Source: Bilabrum cf. latius
Taxonomy: Eukaryota
Direction: 5' to 3'
NCBI GenBank assembly: GCA_965178125.1
Contig: OZ237764.1
Span: forward strand, 248,001 to 312,000
Length of the DNA stretch: 64,000 nucleotides
In this document: positions 39,414 through 50,716 of the stretch, in pieces
Numbering within the stretch: the first letter of the stretch is position 1
Layout of the letters: every line of letters starts with the position of its first letter
Position numbers and translations under genes: made by a program
Notes under the pieces: model-generated
The model's database searches: none
Seen by the model: only the letters and a program-made list of their open reading frames with translations
Told to the model about the DNA's origin: nothing

Positions 39414-40829
39414 TCATTCGATATTTAGCCGCACATCGTGCCCCGCCGCCCTCAGTGCCACTGCAGCCCGCTCCAAGGCCTCCCCCTTGACCAGCAGGTA
39501 GTCCGTATCATAGGTGCTCGATACGAACACAGACACGCCCACGTCCTTGAGAGGACCCACCACGGACGCAAGCACGCCCACGAGCGCAAAGTCGAGCTGC
39601 CCAGCCACTCGCAGCATCGCCCACCCGCCTTCCACTCTGCTCCCCGCTGGTGCCGCACCCGACCCGCTGGCACTGGCACCTGCTGCCCCCGACGAAGCAC
39701 CGCTCTCGCCCCCCTCTGCCTCCTTACTCCCACGCACCAGCTCGGTCAAGACAGCCTCGGGGCACACCACGGATAGCTCCTCGGGAGTCCGGGTCACGGA
39801 AACGAACCCCGCCGAAGCTTCGCTAGATGTGCCTTGCCGCCGCCCCAGCAGCGCCGCCAGTTCGGCAGGACCTACACCGCCCCCGTCCTCGGCCTCCTCG
39901 ATTCTGACCACTGCAAATACTCCGGGCACTTGCTCCAGCCTCCAGCCCTTTGAGGCACTTGCTCCAGAGGCGTGCTCGTTCAACGAGGCTTGCTCACCCT
40001 GCCCTTCCGCCCCGCCTGTCCCAGTACCAGCGGCTACTTGTGATGCAGGCTGCGCAGCACCCGCCCCGCTGCTTGTTTCAGCGATCTGTGCACCGCTTGT
40101 GCCAGCAGGTGCAACAGGTGCGGGTTTCTCCCACACGCAGAAAAAGTTGTTTGCAGGCATGGGCTCTGCAGCGATCCTGCCCAGCCCTGCCGCACGCGCG
40201 CAGGCGTCGAGCGCTTCCAGGTCCCGGAGGCCCCACTCGTCACACCGCTCTCTGAGCGTCCCGTCGAAGGCTCGGTTGGACTCGGTGGTGAAGGTGCCGG
40301 CCAGCTTGAATGGGCCGTAGATGCACAGCCGTCCGCCCGGGCGGAGGGCCTCCCCGGCACCGGCGAACAGACCGGAGGTGGCGGCAAACGGTGAGATGTG
40401 GGTCACATTACACGCAAGTATCACGTCGAATCGTTCGGTGGATTCCTTGCTGGATGCCCCGTCACCATCAGCAGCAAGTGCAGACAGGGCAACGTCCGTC
40501 CAACGTGGATGTGAGGCATCCACGCGGATGGGAGGTGCAACAGAGGATATTCCATGTGTCCATGCCGGAATATCTCGGTCAATGGATGTTGATGACACGT
40601 CCGAAGGAATCCAAGCCTTAAGATCCTCGATTTGGGGAGCCATGAACGCTGCGTGCTGCCCCGTCCCGGATGCAACCTCGAGCAAGCGAAGCCCAGCGCA
40701 GCCTGATGGAATCCATCGCTGCAGCTAGCGGAACACATCCCCCTTGTTTCGATCCGCCGCCCCGGCAAATGCCCTGCTGACGCACTTGGAGTAAACCCGC
40801 AGGGCGAAAGTACGTGCAGCTGCAAGCAT
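39414..40829 (-). CDS. DUF938/METTL26-type SAM methyltransferase fused to CASTOR-type ACT domains
   Basis: Methyltransferase motifs AADRNK, LLEVASGTGQHA, NVTHISP, YGPF, SNRAFD, WGLRD and MPANN. ACT motifs SVTRTPEELSVVC and LDFALVGVLA…VSVFVSSTYDTDYLLVK. One in-frame TAG (VFR*LQRW). TGA stop. Confidence 0.85.
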
Positions 40830-41125
40830 GGATGCTGGCAGGCCCCCGGGCTAGCAAACTCACTTGCTTCCAGACGTTGACACTTTGCCGCAGTATGCCA
40901 TGTCAGACTTCATGTTCAAGCGCGCCGTGTTTGTTGCATGGGCGTCGATTGGTATCGTGTATGCATGCGATGCAGTTGCAGAGCGGTGGGAGCTGCGACG
41001 ACCAACCACTGGGTGGGCAGCAAACTACCTTGCTAACAGTGCGAGGCCACATTATACTAAAACAAAGGTATGCTATCATAAAGGGCGATCTTATTGCAGC
41101 TAGCCCCTTCAGGTGTCCAAGCACC

Positions 41126-42588
41126 TCACCCGAACAACGCCTTTGCCGGGGCTGAGCCATCCTGCTCGAACGCAGCCGTCTTTGCCGCCACAGGATCAGC
41201 GGGGTCAGGCACCGGAGGAGCCGCTGGCGCGCCCATGTACCGGCCCCCACTCACATTGACACTCCCAAATCCAGGCACCGTATCCCTAGGCGCCCCTGCC
41301 CCCTCCAAAACCGCGTCCCCACCGCCCCCCTGCATTGACCCCGCCGTGGGGTCTACCCCCATTCCAGACACCGCCTGCGGGGTCGTGTCATAGGGCGCAA
41401 GGACCGCATTCACGGTCTGCTCCGCGCTCAGATCGGCTCGGATCACGCGGTCGAAGATGTGCCTCGACCGAGTGAAGGTTCGGTACAGCCCGCTCGCGTC
41501 GTGGGCTCGCTCCTCGGGCCTCATCTGGCAGCACTCGTCGTACCGGCGCAGGTACTCGGCGCGGCTGGGCAGCAGAAGCACCGTCTCGTACCCGCCCGAG
41601 GACGGCACGTCGTGCTTGCGGAGGTCAGCGGCGCCGTACATCTCCACCCCGGATGCGGGCTGCCGCCAGAGCTCTCGAGCCGCGCGGAGGCGCTGCCCGT
41701 AGTTGCGACCAGTGGGCACCAGGTCCACGGTATTGATGCCTCGCGACTGCGCCGCTGCCTGCAGTACCGTGCGCTTGCCCACACCCGGGGGCCCGAACAG
41801 GACGATGCGGCCGGTTGACCGCTTGCTCCCTCCGCTGCTCAGCAGGCTGCTCGAATCGTCAATGAATTCGTTGCCGCCCCCGGCTCTCCTGCCATGCTCC
41901 GTCCCGCAGATGCCACACAAGCACACATTCAGGCACAGTCCAGCGCAGGTTCGGTCGTCGCCGCACACCGTGGGGAAGGCTTCGTCGTAATCGAGCCACT
42001 CGGGAAAGAACCAGGCGATTGTCGCCCACAGCAGCAGCACGATACCTGCGCCTGCAGTCAACCCCCAAATTGTACCCCAAGGAAATTTCCAATTGAGGCG
42101 AACGTCTTCCAAATGTCTCGGATTGTACATACACCGAACTTGCTGACCCTCGTAGTATTTTTTGGTTGTCTCCAGCTCCACGGAGACCGGGACATCAGCA
42201 CCGATGGGGTAGTAGGTTACATCGAAATCATAACATGTTGAACATGAAGTGTGCCCGTACTGGTCGGTGGTACAGTGGCATCTGCGACAGAGGGTAGATC
42301 AGCGCCCGCGGATTGCTTGCATGGTCAATGGAAGCATCGAGAAGAGAAGATGGGGCGAAGAATGAACCATTCATCACTGATTTTATTTTAAAGTTCTCAC
42401 TGTCTCCTGTACACGTCCCCAACCGTGCAAGTAGCTACCTCGTACTTGTCTCTGACTTCTTTAGCGTCTGGGTATACGCCACCCCAGGCTCCGCCAAGCA
42501 GTCCAGCAGTCGCACCAAGAAATAAAGTCGTAGTAACAACTGCACAGCAATTGGGTCGAATCGCACCGTCGCAGCATTCATCAACCAT
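41126..42588 (-). CDS. Two-TM membrane protein with a cytoplasmic P-loop (kinase-like) domain; 2 exons
   Basis: TM - Cys-containing loop (YNPRHLEDVRL) - TM, then IVLFGPPGVGKRT Walker A-like motif. Intron at about 42400-42282. TGA stop. Confidence 0.6.
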
Positions 42589-42728
42589 GATGCTTCACAA
42601 GTGCCGAAGAAGAAGTTCTCGCTGCACCGTGGTGCTCAGAGCGCGTTTCCTGGATTGTTCCTAGAATTCCGGGCGAGCACCAGCACACTCTCAACTGTTT
42701 GGCCACATCGTCTCGACTCAAAACAACA

Positions 42729-45350
42729 TCAGAGAACCAACTCAAGCACCCTGGGATAGTCGATAAGCTCCAGCTCCAATGCAAGCTGCATGGTTGGCCC
42801 TCCTCCAGTCTCAGCGGCATGCCCCAGCGCGCACCGCAGCTCTGCCACTCGCGAGCTGCTGTTCGAGACAGGGTCGAACAGAGCCGGAGCACCATCCTGA
42901 GGGCATCGAATGGATTGGCCCGCAGCAGCATAGACCGTCATAGACACATTAAATGGGAGCACCGGGGCGCTGCTGGGCTCGTGGCAGCGGTACTAGATCT
43001 ACCCTTTGCTAGGGCCTTGGCCCATCCCGTCTTCGCACGGCCCCTGTGACGAGTGCGCCCAAGAGCTGATACCTCGGACTACCACATCCTCCGGGTCGCC
43101 CCCCTGCGGCACGATCGGCCAGTGCCTCGCATCCCGGGTCACCACATAGGCCAGCACGGCCAGCCGACTGGGGCCCGAGTAGTACGGCAGGATGGCCACG
43201 GCGTCTCTGGCCAGTATGTCCGGATGTGCGTCGTCCGGAGGACCACCACTCTCTGATGAGTGCCCGTGCACCATGACGGTGTCGTGGTCGTCGGTCACGC
43301 GAGACACATTCACGACCAGAGGAGGAGTGGGAGAGGGAGGAGAAGACGCGAGTGAATCGGAGCCGACTGCTGTCGTGCCACCAGAGGAGCCAGCCGCGGC
43401 ATCCAGCAGGAGCTTCACGCTGCGAAGGGCAGGAGAAGTCATGGATGAGTCGTTGCTAGGGTAGGGCGCCTCAGGGTGCGCCACAGCCCACTGCACGAAC
43501 TCGTCCAGGACCATCCCGAACGAGGTGTCGCCCGATGTGGCATCGAACATGCACAGCTTCTCTACACCCTTGTGCAGGTAAAACGCGAAGTATCGAAGGG
43601 CCATCTTCTGCTTCCAGACTAGGGCCTTCTCCACCGTCACGTTGGGCCCAAACACCTGCGTGGGCAGCGAGTTGACCTCGGTGATCCACACGGGGCACTC
43701 AATCACAGTCCCATTGGAGGCGCGCCTTGCAATTGATCCGTGGATCGCGCCGTTGATGCTGTTGTTGTAGGGCCCCGCATCTCGGAGCAAGCTCTCAGTC
43801 TACAGGTAGTGCCCCGAGTACTCCGGCATCACGGCAGTGTACCTGTACCCGTTGGACGATAGCGAGTCATCGCGTCCGAGCGCGTTGACGGGGTGACCCT
43901 TCTGGCCGGGGCTGGGCTCCGGGTACGTCCTGCCCGTGTGATAGGGGTGCTTTGAGATGGCTCTGAAGCGGTCCGGTTCCTCCGTGGATGCGGGCCACGG
44001 CACGGTGTTTCCGATCCCATCCGTGATGCGGACGCCGGAGAAATCCCCGGCGTTGGACAAGGCGGCGTGGGCCGTTGCGTTTCGCATCGCCACCCAGACG
44101 TCGCTGTCCCTTGCCTCTGGGTACAGCGGCGGGTCGTAGTACTTGTTGATCTGCAGCGTGTCCGAGCCGAATGTGAGCTCGCTGCGATAAAAAGTAAATC
44201 TGTGGTATTGTATACGGGGCGTGGGCTCGCAGCAGCAATCGTGAAGACTACCGCAAGCAGGGGGCAGGAGGTGCGTCGGAGGGACCGCGCTACAACATAC
44301 AATGGGAATCGCCGTAAACACAACGATCACGCTACGGCCGACTTACTTCCACATCTCCAGATCGAACCCCACGGTGTCTGCCAGCGGCCCCATCACCCGC
44401 CTGGCGAAGGAGGCCACGCTGCCGGCGTACTTGGACCATCCGAGCAGGGTCTCTTTGCCTTCTGGAGTGCCCGGGGGAGCGAAAGGTCGATACAGCATGG
44501 TGTTCAGCTGCAGCTCGGCGCCTGCCTGGATGGCAGCCAGCAGGGGCCTGGACAAATCGGCGCACACCGATGGACCGGGCCCATCGGAGGCCGATGGAAC
44601 GAACCCATCGGAGGAGCCCGCGGAGTCGTTGTGCAGACCCGTGAAAAACGTGTGGCACATGTCGCCTCCGCTGTACGCCGGTTGCTGAAACCCTGAGTAG
44701 TTGGCTCGTAGCTCGAACGGCTCGTGCCAACCGCTGGTACTAACCCTAGTGCCGGTCAGTGTTGCGCCACTCGTCTGCCTCGTGACTGCGACAAGCAGGC
44801 GAGCGGGGCTTTCCCACTGGTGCGCTTCCGTCTTGAAGGAAAAGCAGATGGATCGGGCGCCTTTCGCGGCATTGGATGACACGGTGGCTCTGGTGCCGAT
44901 GTTCGGGATGGGAGCGCCAGAGTTGCCGTTCAAGAGGAGCACCGGGCGGATGCCAGCCCGAGATAAACCCTGCAGCTTTGCTTCCCACTCGTCGGGGTTA
45001 AGGACTTGCGACTCGTTGTAGTAGTTGAAATGGCCCCAATCCACCTCGAATCGGACGTTTCTAATGCCTTGGCGCGCCATGTGTTTGGCGAGTAGCCTGG
45101 CGCTCCCCGAGAAGTTCGTGGTGCCGTGAAGATTTCCACCAAATACAAGCCCAACTCCATTCAAAAGGTGTGAAACTGGCCGAGTATTGATGTACGCACG
45201 CCACGGAGGCAGGAAATGGGAGTAAGATCCGAATGGAACGGCATCGATCCACGACTAGTTGATGTAGCTGTACTGATCGACTAGCCTTGCACTTGCTAGC
45301 GTTGCAAGTACAGTGCAATACATAAACGATGACACGCAAAGTACACCCAT
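42729..45350 (-). CDS. Secreted putative glycoside hydrolase (clan GH-A-like); 2 exons (intron 44346-44182)
   Basis: Signal peptide; NVRFEVDWG; splicing creates EMWNELTFG (NE acid/base motif); ISKHPY; VWITEVN (nucleophile-like). Several in-frame TAGs; TGA at 42729. Confidence 0.6.
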
Positions 45351-45612
45351 TCAGCACCTTTGGCGAACCACTGGAAGGACAGAGAGAGAGAGAGAGAGAG
45401 AAAATAGAGTTTTCGCACGCAATTCAATACCAGAGACAATCCGAGGACTGCCACCAAAGTAACGCGCACCTTAACAGGGGACCCAGCTGTACCCGCGTTG
45501 GCGGAGCCAGTCAGGACCTGAAAAGGCCTCTGAAGAAATAGTTGGTCTGGTTAAGACCGATACATGCCTAGGACCCGTGTCCTAAGCGCATCGCGTTGAG
45601 ATCTCCTGGGAG

Positions 45613-46179
45613 TCAGACCCAGTCGAACGTCCGCAGTGAGGGAGCATGCGCGAGGAAGGCCTGGCGAGGCGTGAGGCGTTCAGCCTCTCGCCACCAGACC
45701 GCCACATAGTCCGCCTCTAGGACTTGTTGCCTGCTCCAGATCCGGGAGCGTGCTAGCCTTGCCGTTCCCTTCGCCCAGATGCGTTCTAGCACCTGAAGCT
45801 CCTTGCTGAGGGCGCAACGGCCCAGCGTTCCTGTCATCCACTCTCCGATGAACTAGTTCTCGGAGGGATTCAGTATGTGTCCGAGCGGGTGGGCTCGGAT
45901 TGCAAGGTCTCGGGCTGTTGGGCTGCCCGAGCTGAGTTGTTCAGCTACGCACAGTTGGCAGGACTACAACCCCTCGATGGCTCGTCCGAAGCTCTCATTG
46001 GCCCTCTGCTACAAGCGTCGGATTGCACGTCGGCACCGTTCTTGGAGTTGTTCGACAAGTGCTGAATCGACGCAACAAACCGGAAGAATACCTCGACCCG
46101 TTGCTCGCAAATTGTACAAGGCATTCACCCTAGCGCCCGGCGCTGATTCATTTTGTCGGTGCACTGGTTCCTATGGCAT
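45613..46179 (-). CDS. Possible small hypothetical protein, open only with TAG=Gln
   Basis: Frame …LVEQLQERCRRAIRRL**RANES…RTFDWV-TGA is open for about 189 codons when TAG is read through. No recognisable motif, and the candidate ATG overlaps the PDE6D start. Confidence 0.3.
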
Positions 46180-47061
46180 CAGCTTCACCGCCGGAGTCTC
46201 CGAGCGAGGCCGCTCGAACAAAGCTTATGAATGGTTTCAAGATGTTAGGGCGCTAGTCTGTTATGATAAGCTGCGGGGCAGCACCGCCTGCAAATTCAAC
46301 GCATGGTTTGGCTCTTCATTACAGTATTTCGCAGATTGGGCATGTCAATGAGAGACGCTGACACCAATGAGCTCATGTGGTCATGTGGCGAACTTGGCGA
46401 CGACTTCTTCGACAAAACAATGGAAGGTATGTGATTGCGGCACTCATGCAGTGCTAAGAAGAAAAGAATTCTTGGATTATGATCCATCCATCTATCAACC
46501 GGCACTTGATGCACGTACTTGGGACGCAGCGCACATTCCTCCGGAGATTCTTGGAAGAAAAGCCGTGGCACGAAAAGTTAGGTTTAGCAGTACCGAGGTA
46601 CTCACGAAGTTCCGAATGGTGCAGAAGATGATACTCCATGGCCAGTGCATTGAAGGTGAGGCGTTGATCTGACCCAAGAAGATGTACCCTCGTCCGCATC
46701 GAGCCGCGAGCCCACTGATCCTGATCCGCCCCCGCACGTCCATGCCCCCTGGCCGGCACTTGCGATCGCCCCCGCAGAGTGGCCCTTTGACTGCGGGTTC
46801 GTGATGCCCGGTAGCACCAACGAGATCGAGCACACGATCAGCGCGGCCTCGGATGGCAAGATGATCCCAGCCGAGGTGCTCAGCGGCAACCTGACGATCA
46901 TCACGCAGTTCTTTGACGGAGACTTCCTCGTGGGCCAGGCGCAGGTAAGGGCCTTCTACGACGGGAAGCTAGGCGAGGCGGATGCTGCGCTGGGCAGCGG
47001 GGCGGGGGTGGCCGGTGGCGGCGGTGAGGTGGGTGGGGCAGGCGCGGCCAAAGAATCGTGA
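46173..47061 (+). CDS. PDE6D: Prenyl-binding protein PDE6 delta; 4 exons (46173-46243, 46335-46426, 46530-46655, 46778-47061)
   Basis: Spliced product GFKILGMSMRDADTNELMW…KAVARKVRFSS…GQCIEEWPFDCGFVMPGSTN…MIPAEVLSGNLTIITQFFDGD…VRAFY is collinear with PDE6D. TGA stop. Confidence 0.9.
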
Positions 47062-47317
47062 AACGGTACTACTAGATCTAGTAGTCTATTACATAAACGA
47101 ACACTTCGAGTTTATTTTAGCAATGTTTTTGAAGTCGCTTCCACACCATATGGGACTTGCTGATGCAGTGCCTGTGGGTAAGCGTAGCACTTTATGCCTC
47201 CGATAGTTGACTGTTGGTACTCATCTCATTCTCCGTGTAAATACACATGTACCCCGCACACCTCCTTATCCGGCCGGCAATCTCACCTTCCAAGGACGCA
47301 ACCTCCCAGTTGTTCTC

Positions 47318-50300
47318 TCACCGGCGGCCCCAGGCCACCCGCCCGCTGGAAGACGCAGGTGCACCTCCCCTGCGCGCGGATCCCGCCCTGGGCGGTGCGG
47401 CCCCTGACAGGGCGGCCATCTGCGCCATGGCAGACCCCACGTCCTGGGGCCTGTTCCCCGAGCCCCCGGTGAGGCGAGAGCCCCCCCCCGCGCGCATCGA
47501 GGCGCCCTTGGGCGGAGGCGGCCCGCCCCTGCCCGTCCGGCCCCCGGTGGCGCCGCGCCCGCCGCGCCGACCCGCCTGTGCCCTGGGGTCGATGGGGGAG
47601 GTCAGCACAGAGGCGGACGCTCGCGGTGCGGAACCGGCCGCTGCACCGCCGCCGTTGCTTGCGGCCCTGGACGCTGCCGCCCGAGCCGCTGCAGGTGACC
47701 GAAGGCCCACGGCCCCGAACGGCGTCTCCTTCCTGGGTGCTGGCTGCTGCTGCTGTGCCTGCGACTCGTGCTGCTGCGGCTGCAGTGGCACGTGGCCGTT
47801 GGTGGCCGGCTTGTTCCCTCCCTGGGGGGCCTCCTCCAGCACGGGGGCTGGTGCAGGCGCTGGTGCTGGTGCCGGTGCGGGCGCTGGTGCCGGTGCCGTG
47901 AGAGCGGGGTCCTGTTCGACGAGCCTCGAGTGCATCTCCTGATACATGGCCAGCACCTTGGGGTGGTAGGGGGCCATGAGGTCGCACTCGGAGAGGAAGG
48001 CGGTCACGTCTTCCTCGGGGACCTCGAGCTGCTCCCACATCTCGCAGACCGTCTGTTTGAGCTGCTCGAACTCCTGAAGCTTCCAGTCGGGCACGGAGTC
48101 GGCATCGTCTCCACCCGCGTCCGCGGCGTCACCCCCATCTCCCGGGGCGGGCGCCGCCGCCACCTTGCGGGCGGCCTCCTGGCTCTGCCTAAGCTCCTCC
48201 TCCTTGGCCTCCAGCTCCTTCTCAAGCATCCTGACCCTCTCCAGCTCCGAGTGGTGCCTCTTCTCCGCGTCGTCCAGCAGGGGCCGGAACCCCTCCTCGA
48301 ACGTCTTCACCATCTCATCCTTGATCTGCTCCACCTTGCGGCGGTTCTTCTCCCTCTCTTCCTCCAGCATGCGCTCACCCGCCTCCTTTTCCGCGGCGAG
48401 CTTTGCTTCCCACTTGGCGGCCTCTTCCATGGCTACCCTCTGGCGAGCCGACTCCACCGATGCCTTGAACTGCTCCGCCTCGGCGGCCAGCTTCTGCCTC
48501 CTCTGTGCGAGGTTGGCCACCTGGGAGGACTTGGCCATGCGGTCGATCAGCAGCGCCACCCGCAGCTGCTCGAACTCGTCCCGGAACTTCTTCATAGCCT
48601 CCCTCGCCCCCTCGATGTTGGCGTCAAGCTCCTTGAGCTCGGCCCTGTACTGGTCCGCCTTCTTCTTCTCCTCCTCCACGGCGGACTGCAGGCCCTCCAC
48701 GGCCGCGCGGCGCTCCATCTCGAGGAGCACGATCTGCGTCTCGTGCCGCTCCTTGAGGTTCCGCATGAGCTCGTGCTTGCGGCGCCGCGCCTGCCTCAGG
48801 AGGTCCTCCCTGTCGGCGAGAGCCCGCTTCCATGCGACGTACAGCCGGGCCTTGGTGGGGTCCGAGGGCAGGATGGACTGCGGGGGGTTGGCCAGCCTCT
48901 GCCTGATCTGTGCGAGAGTCTCCTCGTGTTCCTCCAGCGTCTGCGTGAGCCTGCCCTCCTCCTCCTCGAGCTCCTTCTTCTTGGAAAGGAACGACTCGAA
49001 GATCTCGCGCTGGTCGCTCTGCGCCAGCCGCTCGTACAGCTGCCTCTCCTCCGTCTCGATCCGACCCATGGCCTCGTCCAGCGCGCCACGGTCGCCCGAG
49101 GGGTCCGAGCCTACTTGCGCGGCGCCTGCGGAACCTCCAGCCGCGGAGGCCCTCTCGGCACTGGCCGTGGCTCTCTTGAGCTCCTCCTCGCCGAGGGCCA
49201 GCCGCCCGGACACGTCCTGCAGCGCGTCGCGAGCGTGGTCGTGCTCCGCCTGTGCCCTGTGGACATCGTCCACGCCCACCTCGCCGCGCCCCTCCCCCGC
49301 CCGCTTGCCCCCCGACACCCCCGCCGAGTACGACATGGGCGGGGGCACTGGGGCGCTTAGTGCGGCGGAGCCGGGACCCGAGCTGCTCGGGGAGCCCTGC
49401 GCGGCGCCGCCTGCGGAACCGAACGCCGCCTCCGTCCTGCTTCTGAGCTGCCCCGCCTCCGAGGCTGGGCCTGCAGACGAGGAGGAGAAGGAATGCTGGG
49501 GACGGGCCTGCCTCTCCGGCGTCGTCTGGCCGCTGGCCGGGGCGAACTCGCCGGCCCCTGGCGCCCTGCTGCTGCCGCTGCCCTTCCCTGTCTGGGTACC
49601 GTCTTGCTGCTCCGGCGTGCCGTCTCTGATGATGCCGGCGATGGCGTCCCGCACCCTGGCGGCGTCCAGGCCACTAGGGTCATCTGCGGGAGCAAAACGG
49701 ACATAGAATGGGGAGGAGAATATTATTGAGAAAATGAATGTCTGGATCAATCAGACGTGTGCTAGATGCGCGTTGAATGGGCGACGGATGCGGGGGCACC
49801 GGTCGTGGCTTCCTCTCTTCCACCCTCACCGTCGGGGCTCAGCTTCGCTAGCTGGTCGAAGGCGTCCCGCAGCTCATTCAATCGGTCCACGGGACGGTGT
49901 AGCAGCTGTTGGAGCGTGGTACCGCGGATGCGCTCGTCGGATTCGGAAACCTTTCGAATGAACTCCGCGGTGCCTGGTCTCTGCATTGCTGCGTTCAGCG
50001 CTCGGATTGCCGCAGGCTCCTCTTGCATGAAAGGCACATAGTGCTGGCGAAGCACGCCCTGTCCCCTGTGATAATTAAAAATTAAAATAGTGATTGCGAG
50101 CACGCGTTGCAGACTAGCTTGGATCAGGCGGAAACAGGGGCGCGCACTATCGCCAGCTCGCCGGCCAGCGCGTCGTCCTTGCAGGCTCACCGTGTCATGC
50201 CCGACGTGACCATTCGCAGTGCCCTAGCAGTGGGCTGGTCGGAAGTAGCTTCAAAAAGCGCACGAATTTGCTGGTGCGTATCGCGGAGTGCCGTGGCGTT

Positions 50301-50579
50301 TCGGAAGATTGTTTTAGACTCGGGACCGGACAGGATTCCATCAGCGGTCATCGGCTCTACAAATACCGAGACGACCATGCGGAGGGTTTTCAAATATCGA
50401 AACTCGGAACTCTGCGATGGACATGGCGACAAAAATGTTTGCTCGTGGCGATACACACACGATCTCGCGCGATTGGCTGCGGGACCCAACCGGATCACAG
50501 CCATGCGTTTACGCATTGGCGGGGAGTCTGCAGCGTAGCTCACGAGCATATCATCCAGAACATCTTGTCTCGTCGGCAT
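47318..50579 (-). CDS. Dbl-homology (RhoGEF) domain protein with a long coiled coil; introns 50190-50066 and 49829-49684
   Basis: SEFRYLKTL…FVEPM…IFRN, LLHRPVDRL and spliced LAKLSPD|DDPS match DH domain motifs. Followed by an E/K/R/Q-rich coiled coil. Start and a possible additional 5' intron are uncertain. Confidence 0.65.
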
Positions 50580-50716
50580 AGTGATCCGTGAGTACTCCAC
50601 GGGACCCCAGGCGAGACACTGATCCTGCTCGATAAAATATGATATTATATCCACACGTTACAACAATCTCGCAAGAAGCTGATCGTAATCATCTCGCAAA
50701 GTTGCGGGCTATCAAG

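Noticed and set aside
45380-45402. (AG)n microsatellite
   Set aside because: Short, ordinary simple repeat.
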